In this document: one piece after another, positions 8,234 through 15,935 of the stretch | Layout of the letters: each line of letters starts with the position of its first letter | How positions within the stretch are numbered: the first letter of the stretch is position 1 | Assembly (NCBI GenBank): GCA_046292385.1 | Contig: JBKBRF010000017.1 | Location: 32,001-96,000 of the forward strand | Direction: 5' to 3' | Length of the DNA: 64,000 nucleotides | Source: Armatimonadota bacterium | Lineage (GTDB): Bacteria; Armatimonadota; SYMT01 | The notes under the pieces: generated by a model | Told to the model about the DNA's origin: nothing | Database searches by the model: none | What the model saw: the letters and a program-made list of their open reading frames with translations, nothing else | Program-made: the position numbers and the translations under genes

Positions 8234-9868
8234 ATGACCCAGTACCTGAAGAACGTTTTTTCCGCGCGTCAGACGCCGCAGTCGGAGCCGATCCCCGGCT
8301 CCGGGCAGGTGCCGAACAGCGCGGGCGGGTTCGCCTGGCAGGTCGACGATTGGGCCCGCCTCGATCGCTTCCTGATCCTCGGCAGCGAGGGTGGGTCGTA
8401 CTACGCCTCCGAGCGGAAGCTGACGCTGGAGAACGCGGACGCCGTGGTCCGCTGCCTGGAGGCGGACGGCGAGCGGCTGGTCCGCCGGGTGGTCGAGATC
8501 AGCGAGTCCGGCCGGGCGCCGAAGAACGACCCGGCGATCTTCGCCCTGGCGCTGGCGTGCTCCTTCGGCGACGAGCGGGCGCGCGCGGCGGCGTTCGCGG
8601 CGGTGCCGCGGGTCTGCCGGATCGGGACGCACCTGTTCCACTTCGCGGAGTTCGTAAACGGGATGCGCGGCTGGGGACGCGGGCTGCGGCGCGCCGTGGC
8701 GGCCTGGTACCAGGAGAAGCCGGTGGGGGCGCTTGCGCTGCAGGCGGTGAAGTACCAGCAGCGGGACCGGTGGAGCCACCGGGACCTGCTCCGGCTGGCG
8801 CACCCGGTGCCGGCGGACGAGGACCGCACCGCCCTCTACCGCTGGGTGACCCGCGGGTGGGAGCCGGAGCGGGCGGACCGGTTCGGCCGCGAGGGCGAGC
8901 TGGCGCTGGTCGGCGGCTTCGAGGCGGTGAAGGCGGCCGCCACGGCGGCGGAAGTGGCGGAGTGCATCCGCACCTACCGGCTGCCGCGGGAGGCGGTCCC
9001 GACGCAGTGGCTGACCGACCGCGAGGTGTGGCGGGCGCTGCTGGAGGAGATGCCGATGACCGCGCTGATCCGGAACCTGGCGACGCTGACCCGCGTGGGG
9101 CTGGTGACGCCCGGCTCCGTGGGGACCCGGAAGGTGGTGGAGCAGCTCGGCGACCGGGAGCGGCTCCGGAAGGCGCGCGTGCACCCGATCCAGGTGCTCT
9201 CCGCGCTGAAGACCTACGCCTCCGGCAAGGGCGTGCGCTCCGACCAGAGCTGGGCGCCGGTGCCGCAGGTGGTCGACGCGCTCGACGCGGCGTTCTACGC
9301 GGCGTTCCGGAACGTGGAGCCGACCGGCAAGCGGTGGCTGCTGGCGCTCGACGTCTCCGGCTCGATGGAGTGCGGAGTGATCGCCGGGTGCCCGGGGCTG
9401 ACGCCGCGGGTCGCATCCGCCGCCATGGCGCTGGTCACGGCGGCGGTGGAGAAGCAGTACACGGCGGTAGCGTTCGCCTCCGAGGGGACCTTCGGGTGCC
9501 GGAGCGGGAGCGGGCTGCGGCCCCTGGCGCTCTCCTCGCGACAGCGCCTGGACGACGTGGTGAAGCTGACGCAGGCGCTGCCGTTCGGCGGCACCGACTG
9601 CGCGCTGCCGATGCTCTACGCGCTGGAGCGGAGGCTCGAGGTCGACTGCTTCGTGGTCTACACCGACTCGGAGACGTGGGCCGGAAGCGTCCACCCGGCG
9701 CAGGCGCTGCGGCAGTACCGGGAGTGGATGGGGATCCCGGCCCGGCTGATCGTGGTCGGCATGGTCTCCAACGGGTTTAGCATCGCGGACCCGAACGACC
9801 CCGGCATGCTTGACGTGGTCGGCTTCGACACCGCCACGCCGCAGCTGATGACGGACTTCGCCCGCTGA
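8234..9868 (+). CDS. rsr: Ro60/TROVE-domain RNA-binding protein with vWA domain
   Basis: QVPNSAGGFAW, RLDRFLILGSEGGSYY, KYQQRDRWSHRDLLRLAHP, MPMTALIRNL, ARVHPI, LALDVSGSM, GGTDCALPM, YTDSETW, DPGMLDVVGFD; GAGGAGG RBS. Confidence 0.97.
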   Translation: MTQYLKNVFSARQTPQSEPIPGSGQVPNSAGGFAWQVDDWARLDRFLILGSEGGSYYASERKLTLENADAVVRCLEADGERLVRRVVEISESGRAPKNDPAIFALALACSFGDERARAAAFAAVPRVCRIGTHLFHFAEFVNGMRGWGRGLRRAVAAWYQEKPVGALALQAVKYQQRDRWSHRDLLRLAHPVPADEDRTALYRWVTRGWEPERADRFGREGELALVGGFEAVKAAATAAEVAECIRTYRLPREAVPTQWLTDREVWRALLEEMPMTALIRNLATLTRVGLVTPGSVGTRKVVEQLGDRERLRKARVHPIQVLSALKTYASGKGVRSDQSWAPVPQVVDALDAAFYAAFRNVEPTGKRWLLALDVSGSMECGVIAGCPGLTPRVASAAMALVTAAVEKQYTAVAFASEGTFGCRSGSGLRPLALSSRQRLDDVVKLTQALPFGGTDCALPMLYALERRLEVDCFVVYTDSETWAGSVHPAQALRQYREWMGIPARLIVVGMVSNGFSIADPNDPGMLDVVGFDTATPQLMTDFAR

Positions 9869-9960
9869 GGGATGAAGGATGAGGGATGAAGGATGAGCTC
9901 GAGCCGGTGCTCAGCGGGCTCATCCTCTTCCTTTAGCCTTTTGACTTTAGCCTTCTGCCT

Positions 9961-10773
9961 TCACATCCCCACTCCCGTGTAGTGCTTCAGGCCCCAGCGC
10001 CAGGCGAGGCGGGAGAGGAGGTAGACGGTGACTAGCCAGAAGGCGAGCATTCCGAGGCCGAAGCCGACCTCGTCCGGCGGTACCCGGCCGAGGAAGAGAT
10101 CGGCGGCGAAGGAGAGGGTGTAGCGGAACGGCAGGTAGCGCGCCGCCTCTTCCACGGCGCCGGGGAGCAGGGCGAGCGGCACCACCTCGCCCGAGAGAAA
10201 GCTCGCCGGCATGTAGTAGAAGAGGAAGAGGCTCCGCACCTCGGTGAACCGCAGCGCCAGCAGGCCGAGCGTGTAGACCAGGCAGAACGAGAGCAGGTGT
10301 CCCCCCGCCACCGCCAGCCAGAACGCCCACCCGAGGTGGTAGCCCTCCCAGCGCACGTACTGGTGGAAGACGAGCAGCCACACCCCGAAGACCGGGATGA
10401 ACAGCACCGCTCGCAGCAGCCGCCAGGAGATGCTCCCCGCGAAGTGATACGCCATGTAGCTGAACGGCCGCGTCAGCATGGCGGAGAAGCGCCCCTCCCG
10501 GATCTCGAACTCGATGTCCCACTGCGCGTGGCTGATCATCAGGTTCTTCAGGCAGAGGATCACCAGGTAGTAGGTGACCATCTGGCCGGGCGAGAGGCCC
10601 TGGATGGTGGCCCGCCCGCCGTAGCTCGCCAGCCAGACCAGCGGCAGCAGGATCGCGGGGACCGCGTCGGTCAGCATCCAGATCACCGCCTGCCCGCGGT
10701 AGGTCAGGCTATCCGCCATGTAGACGGAGAAGACGGTGAGGAACTTCCGCAGGCCGCGGGCGGGGGAGGTCAT
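9961..10773 (-). CDS. ABC-2 family exporter permease, stand-alone
   Basis: Multi-TM; EIREGRFSAMLTRP and FLSGEVVPLALLP...YLPFRY motifs shared with the other ABC-2 permeases in the window. Confidence 0.85.
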   Translation of the reverse strand: MTSPARGLRKFLTVFSVYMADSLTYRGQAVIWMLTDAVPAILLPLVWLASYGGRATIQGLSPGQMVTYYLVILCLKNLMISHAQWDIEFEIREGRFSAMLTRPFSYMAYHFAGSISWRLLRAVLFIPVFGVWLLVFHQYVRWEGYHLGWAFWLAVAGGHLLSFCLVYTLGLLALRFTEVRSLFLFYYMPASFLSGEVVPLALLPGAVEEAARYLPFRYTLSFAADLFLGRVPPDEVGFGLGMLAFWLVTVYLLSRLAWRWGLKHYTGVGM

Positions 10774-10880
10774 GCGCACGATTCCGGAGCGTCTGCGGGC
10801 GGGCAGCGCACCTCGATTCTATCCCTCGGGTCCGGCCCGTTAGCGGTGCCCGTCTGAAAGGCGAGCGAGGAGAGAGCGGG

Positions 10881-11489
10881 ATGGGGTCGTGGTCGGACGA
10901 AGAGATCCTGGCGGGGATGCGCGACCCGGCCCGGCGGGAGCGCGCCTTTCGCGAGCTGCAGGGCCGCTACGTGCCGTGTCTGCTGGGGCTGCTGGCGCGG
11001 ATGTGCCATGGCGACCGCGAGACCGCGGAAGACGTGCTGGTCCGCGCGCTCTACAAGGCCTACCGCGCGCTGGCGGAAGAGGGGACTCGCTGCCGCGCCC
11101 TCTCGAGCTGGCTTTACACCGTCGCCTCCCGCACCGCGCTGGACGAGCTCGCCCGGATCCGGTCTGCGGAGCCGCCGGGAGGGACGCTCCCCCTGGCGGA
11201 AGAGCTGACGCGCCAGCCCGCGCCGGAGGCGGAGGGCCGCCTCCCTCCGGAGATCGGCCCGGCGCTGGATGCGGTGCTGGAGCGGCTCGACCGGGAGGAC
11301 GCGCGCTACCGCGTGCTGCTGGAGATGGAGCACGTGGGCGCGTGCGACCGGGGCGAGATGGCGGAGGCGACCGGTATTCCGCGCAAGCAACTCGCGCAGT
11401 ATCTGAAGCGAGCCCGGGAGCGGTTCGCGCGGCTGGCCCGGGAGTATCCGGCGCTCGCCTCGCTGGCCGCGGAAGAGGAGGGGGAGTGA
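10881..11489 (+). CDS. ECF-like sigma-70 family RNA polymerase sigma factor
   Basis: Region 2-like AFRELQGRY...AEDVL...SSWLYTVASRTALD; region 4-like EMAEATGIP...YLKRARERF. Confidence 0.8.
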   Translation: MGSWSDEEILAGMRDPARRERAFRELQGRYVPCLLGLLARMCHGDRETAEDVLVRALYKAYRALAEEGTRCRALSSWLYTVASRTALDELARIRSAEPPGGTLPLAEELTRQPAPEAEGRLPPEIGPALDAVLERLDREDARYRVLLEMEHVGACDRGEMAEATGIPRKQLAQYLKRARERFARLAREYPALASLAAEEEGE

Positions 11490-12145
11490 TGGCAGAGCGA
11501 CCCGAGAGCGACGAGCGCCCGACCCCGGTGGGTGAGGAGGCCGTCGGGGCCCGGCTGGCGGGGCTGCTGCTCGTCCGCCGCGCGGAGCTTTCGCCGGAGA
11601 CGGTCGCCGCGCTGGACCGCCTCGCTCCCCCGGCAGAGCCCGGCCCGGCGCTCCGCCGCCGCCTGCGGGAGCTCTCCGCGCGAGCGGAGCTCGACCTCCG
11701 CTTCGAGCAGGAGCACGCCTCCGGGAGAAGGTCGCCCTCCCTCGGCGCCTACCTGGTCTTCCTTCGCACGCAGGCGGGGCTTACCGCGGGGGAGGCGGCG
11801 CGGAAGCTCCGGATCGACCTCCAGCTCCTCGGCGACCTGGAGCGCGACACCCTCCGGCCCGCCCAGGTCCCCGCGCGGAAGCTGGCTGCCCTGGTGCGGC
11901 GGCTGCAGGGCACGCTGGAGATGACGGAGCGCCTGCTGCAGGGCCTGGTCCGCGCCCCGCGCCAGCTCGCCCGCCCCGCGCCCGGGCGCCTCTACCGCAC
12001 CCGCCCCGGCGCCACCCCGTCTGAAGCGGCAGCCGCCTCCCGAGAGGCGCGCGGCGAGCCGGTGGAGTGGATCGACAACCCGGAGTATGCGGAAGAACTG
12101 GAAGTCGTGGAAGAGCTCGCGCGAAAGCTTCGGGAAGCGTGGTGA
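11489..12145 (+). CDS. XRE-type helix-turn-helix protein, coupled to the sigma gene
   Basis: TGATG overlap with the sigma stop; SLGAYLVFLRTQAGLTAGEAARKLRIDLQLLGDLERD is an XRE-like HTH. Confidence 0.65.
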   Translation: MAERPESDERPTPVGEEAVGARLAGLLLVRRAELSPETVAALDRLAPPAEPGPALRRRLRELSARAELDLRFEQEHASGRRSPSLGAYLVFLRTQAGLTAGEAARKLRIDLQLLGDLERDTLRPAQVPARKLAALVRRLQGTLEMTERLLQGLVRAPRQLARPAPGRLYRTRPGATPSEAAAASREARGEPVEWIDNPEYAEELEVVEELARKLREAW

Positions 12146-12232
12146 GGGCAAGTTTGAGAGCTGAAAGAAGAGAGATGAAAGAACGGTCGGCGACGCACGA
12201 TGCCGCGACCTACTCCCCGGAGACAGACTCTT

Positions 12233-12757
12233 TCATCTCCCTTCTCTCATCTTCAAGGCTTGCACCCGCCAGTAGACGGCGGCTACGCTGACCTCGTACT
12301 TGCGGGCGAGGCGGTGCGGCTGCGGGTGCCGCTCCCAGTCCGGCGCGAAGAGGGCGCGCGGGAGCAGCAGCTCTCCCGCGAAGGCGTTCGCCTCCGCTTC
12401 GAGCAGGTCGGTCCGCTCCCACGGGTCGCCGGGCGGCTCCGGGAGCCGGTCCGCAGCTCCGCGCAGGAAGGAGAGGTCGCGCACCGGGTGCTGGTGATGG
12501 CGCAGCGCCAGGTGGCCGAGCTCGTGCGCCAGCGTGAAGCGGAGCCGCTCCCGCGGGAGCGACCGGTTCACCGCCAGGTGCGGCACCTCGCCCTCCCACC
12601 ACGATTCCCCCTCCACCTCCGGCGGGAAGTCGAGCAGCTCCACCTGCACCCCCTCCAGCACGAGCAGGTACTCCACCTCCACCGGCGCCGCGGTCACGCG
12701 GTGCCGGCGCAGGTACTTCCCGGCCATCTTCCGGGCGAAGTCGAGACGAGGACGCAT
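12233..12757 (-). CDS. ImmA/IrrE family metallo-endopeptidase
   Basis: RLRFTLAHELGH and EAEANAFAGELLLP, ending LARKYEVS. Confidence 0.92.
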   Translation of the reverse strand: MRPRLDFARKMAGKYLRRHRVTAAPVEVEYLLVLEGVQVELLDFPPEVEGESWWEGEVPHLAVNRSLPRERLRFTLAHELGHLALRHHQHPVRDLSFLRGAADRLPEPPGDPWERTDLLEAEANAFAGELLLPRALFAPDWERHPQPHRLARKYEVSVAAVYWRVQALKMREGR

Positions 12758-12760
12758 GGA

Positions 12761-12939
12761 AAGGCTAAAGGCAAAAGGCTAGAGTTCCGAACCCCCGCAT
12801 CCGGAGAGCCGGGTTTCTTGGTTCTACCTTTGGATGGGAAGGCGAAAGGTAGAAAGTCAAAACTCTAGAGTTCCGAACCCCCGCATCCGGAGAGCCGGGT
12901 TCCCACTTTAGCCTTTAGCCTTTTGACTTTTGCCTTTAG
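12761..12939. repeat. Composite intergenic repeat: two identical 37-bp direct repeats flanked by inverted heptamer-like arrays
   Basis: CTAGAGTTCCGAACCCCCGCATCCGGAGAGCCGGGTT at 12779-12815 and 12865-12901; AAGGCTAAAGGCAAAAGGCT on the left, TTTAGCCTTTAGCCTTTTGACTTTTGCCTTTAG on the right. Confidence 0.85.
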
Positions 12940-13011
12940 GGATGCCTCTGCACTCCGTCCTTCAACGAGCGTTAGCGTTCTCCGTCCTCTTCTCGCAGGG
13001 AGGCGGTGGCG

Positions 13012-13992
13012 ATGGCGCAGATTGTGGCGGAGGGGCTGGCGAAGACGTTCTACGTCTCGGAGCGGGAGCCGGGCTTCTGGGGGGCGGCGCGGGGGTTGGT
13101 GCGGCGGCGGCAGCGGAAGGTCTGCGCGCTGGACGGCATCTCGTTCCGGATCGAGCCGGGCGAGCTGGTGGGGTACATCGGGCCGAACGGCGCGGGGAAG
13201 TCGACCACCATCAAGGTGCTCGCCGGGATCCTGGTGCCCGACTCCGGCCGGTGCGAGGTGATGGGCCGGGTGCCCTGGCGCCAGCGGATCGAGCACGTCT
13301 CCCGGATCGGCGTCGTGTTCGGGCAGCGGACGCAGCTCTGGTGGGACCTGCCGGTGGTTGAGTCGCTCGAGCTGCTCCGGGACATCTACCGGGTGCCGCC
13401 CGCGCTCTACCGCCGCACGCTGAACGAGCTGGTGGAGCTGCTCGACCTCGCGCCGCTCCTCGATACGCCGGTGCGCCAGCTCAGCCTGGGCCAGCGGATG
13501 CGGTGCGACCTCGCCGCGGCGCTGGTCCACGCGCCCGAGCTTCTTTTCCTGGACGAGCCGACGATCGGCCTCGACGCCGTCTCCAAGCTGGCGGTGCGTG
13601 ACTTCGTCCGGCGCCTCAACCGGGAGCGGGGCGTCACGGTGCTGCTCACCACGCACGACATGGACGATATCGAGGCGCTCTGCACCCGCGTGATGGTGAT
13701 CGGGGGCGGCGCGCTGCTGACCGACGGCACGCTGGAAGAGCTCCGCGCGCGGGTGACCCGGGAGCGGTGGTTGATCGTCGACCTGGAAGATGGCTCCGGG
13801 GAGCTGCACGACCCCGCGGCGCAGGAGATGCGGCGGGAGGGCCAGCGGGTGAGCCTGCGCTTCGACCCTTCGGAGGTCGCTCCCGCCGAGCTGATCTGCC
13901 GCATCGCGGCCCGGTACCGGGTGCGGGACCTCTTCGTCCAGAACCCGCCGATCGAAGAGATCATCGCACGGCTCTACGGAGCGCCGGCGTGA
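13012..13992 (+). CDS. ABC exporter ATP-binding protein
   Basis: GPNGAGKST, LSLGQRMR, LFLDEPT, LTTH. Confidence 0.95.
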   Translation: MAQIVAEGLAKTFYVSEREPGFWGAARGLVRRRQRKVCALDGISFRIEPGELVGYIGPNGAGKSTTIKVLAGILVPDSGRCEVMGRVPWRQRIEHVSRIGVVFGQRTQLWWDLPVVESLELLRDIYRVPPALYRRTLNELVELLDLAPLLDTPVRQLSLGQRMRCDLAAALVHAPELLFLDEPTIGLDAVSKLAVRDFVRRLNRERGVTVLLTTHDMDDIEALCTRVMVIGGGALLTDGTLEELRARVTRERWLIVDLEDGSGELHDPAAQEMRREGQRVSLRFDPSEVAPAELICRIAARYRVRDLFVQNPPIEEIIARLYGAPA

Positions 13993-14780
13993 AGGGGTAC
14001 GGGTCGGTCTTTCAGGCGCGCTTCCGCCTCCTGCTCCAGTACCGCGCCGCCGCCACGGCCGGCTTCGCCACCCAGCTCTTCTGGGGGCTGATCCGCGTCA
14101 TGATCTTCGACGCCTTCTACCGCCAGGGCGGGGGCGAGCAGCCGCTCAGCTTCCCGGAGGTGGTGACCTACGTCTGGCTGGGCCAGGCGACTCTGGCGCT
14201 GACGCTGGGCGGGGCGGAGGCGGAGATCCGGGCGATGGTCCGCTGCGGGACGGTCGCCTACGAGCTGGTGCGCCCACTCGATCTCTACGGGTTCTGGTAC
14301 TGCCGCACGTTGGCCGGGCGCGTGGCGCCGATGCTGCTGCGCGGCGTGCCGCTCTACCTGGCGGCACTGCTGTTCTTCGGGCTCGGCCCGCCTGCCGGTC
14401 CGGAGGCGGCGCTCGGGTTCGCCGCCTCTCTCGCCGCCGCGGTGCTGCTGGCCGGGGCGGTCTTCATGCTGATGAACGTCTCGCTCTTCTGGACCGTCTC
14501 CGGCGAGGGGGTGGCCCGCTTCGGCCCGGCGCTCATCTACGTCTGCTCCGGGCTGCTGGTGCCGCTGCCGCTCTTCCCGGAGTGGGCGCGCGCCGCGCTC
14601 GGCTTCCTGCCGTTCCGCGGCCTGGCGGACGTGCCGTACCGGATCTACCTGGGTCACCTGCCGGCGGAGGCGGTTCCCGGCCTGCTGCTGCACCAGCTCG
14701 CCTGGACGGCGGCCCTGGTACTCTTCGGACGGTATCTACTCGCCCGCGCGGCCCGGCGCCTGGTGGTGCAGGGAGGCTGA
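13989..14780 (+). CDS. ABC-2 family exporter permease
   Basis: GTGA overlap with the ATPase stop; LLQYRAA, GTVAYELVRP, SGLLVPLPLFP...FLPF. Confidence 0.88.
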   Translation: MKGYGSVFQARFRLLLQYRAAATAGFATQLFWGLIRVMIFDAFYRQGGGEQPLSFPEVVTYVWLGQATLALTLGGAEAEIRAMVRCGTVAYELVRPLDLYGFWYCRTLAGRVAPMLLRGVPLYLAALLFFGLGPPAGPEAALGFAASLAAAVLLAGAVFMLMNVSLFWTVSGEGVARFGPALIYVCSGLLVPLPLFPEWARAALGFLPFRGLADVPYRIYLGHLPAEAVPGLLLHQLAWTAALVLFGRYLLARAARRLVVQGG

Positions 14781-14881
14781 GCGGTGCTGAAGCTCGGCAT
14801 CCGTGGGGCCGCGAGGCATTGAGATACCTCGCTGGACGGCCTGCGGCCACGCGTCCTCCGGACGCCCGAATCGAGCCCTCT

Positions 14882-14932
14882 CAGTCCGCGAAGGCGGACT
14901 TCGCGCCGTCGTTGCCGCGGTTTCAACCGCCC
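14882..14932 (+). repeat. REP-like palindromic dispersed repeat, copy 2
   Basis: CAGTCCGCGAAGGCGGACTTCGCGCCGTCGTTGCCGCGGTTTCAACCGCCC, between two permease genes. Confidence 0.8.
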
Positions 14933-14954
14933 GGTCTTCCATCAAACAACCGTC

Positions 14955-15758
14955 ATGCTCAACTCCCTTCACCTCTACCTCCGCTACCTCGCTCTCTCCG
15001 TCCGGGGGCAGATGCAGTACCGCGCCTCCTTCCTGATGTTGACGGCGGGACACTTCCTGCTCACCGGAACGGAGTTCCTGGGCGTCTGGGCGTTGATGGA
15101 GCGCTTCGGCGGGCTCCGGGGCTGGCGGCTGCCGGAGGTGGCGGTGCTGTACGGCGCGATCAACGTCTCGTTCGCGCTGGCGGAGGGGGTGGGGCGGGGA
15201 TTCGACATCTTTTCTCAGCAGGTAAAGTCGGGCGACTTCGACCGGCTCCTGCTGCGGCCGCGGAGCACCGCGTTCCAGGTGGCGGCTTCGGAGGCGCAGC
15301 TCTTCCGGGTGGGGCGGCTGGCACAGGGGGCGCTGATCCTGGCGTGGGGGCTCGCGTCGGCGCCGATCGACTGGAGCCCCGCCGCGGCGCTGCTGGTGCC
15401 GGCGATGGTCCTCGGCGGCGCCTGCCTCTTCTACGGGCTCTTCGTGCTCCAGGCGACGCTGGCGTTCTGGACCGTCGATTCGCTGGAGGTCTTCAACACG
15501 GTCACCTATGGCGGCATCGAGACGGCGCAGTACCCGCTGGAGATCTACCGGCCCTGGTTCCGCCGCTTCTTCACCGTGGTGGTGCCGCTCGCCTGTGCCA
15601 ACTACCTGCCGGTCCACGCGCTGCTCGGCCGCCCGGATCCGTTCGGAGCTCCGCCGCTCCTCCAGTGGGCCGCGCCCGCGGGCGGGCTCCTGTTCCTGCT
15701 CGTATGCCTCCGGGTCTGGAAAACCGGAGAGCGCCGCTATTGCTCCACCGGAAGCTGA
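14955..15758 (+). CDS. ABC-2 family exporter permease
   Basis: QMQYRASF, GDFDRLLLRP, QYPLEIY, RYCSTGS. Confidence 0.9.
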   Translation: MLNSLHLYLRYLALSVRGQMQYRASFLMLTAGHFLLTGTEFLGVWALMERFGGLRGWRLPEVAVLYGAINVSFALAEGVGRGFDIFSQQVKSGDFDRLLLRPRSTAFQVAASEAQLFRVGRLAQGALILAWGLASAPIDWSPAAALLVPAMVLGGACLFYGLFVLQATLAFWTVDSLEVFNTVTYGGIETAQYPLEIYRPWFRRFFTVVVPLACANYLPVHALLGRPDPFGAPPLLQWAAPAGGLLFLLVCLRVWKTGERRYCSTGS

Positions 15759-15935
15759 CCCGGCGCGCCGCGTGTGATTAAGATTCGTGCGTTGAATGTT
15801 TGCTGCACCAAGGGAACGCGGTGGGGGGGAGGCGAACGTGGGAAGGGCGGGGCACGCCGAGGCGAAGAGCTCCCCGCCCGCGCACGATCCGGAGCCGGCG
15901 ACCCGCGGGAGCCGCAGCAGAGCCCGAATTGACGA

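Noticed and set aside
10881..12757. Prophage or ICE immunity region
   Set aside because: No integrase, att site or phage/conjugation genes in the window, and composition looks like the host.
12779..12901. CRISPR mini-array
   Set aside because: Only two repeats, the spacer is a palindrome made of local repeat sequence, and there are no cas genes in the window.
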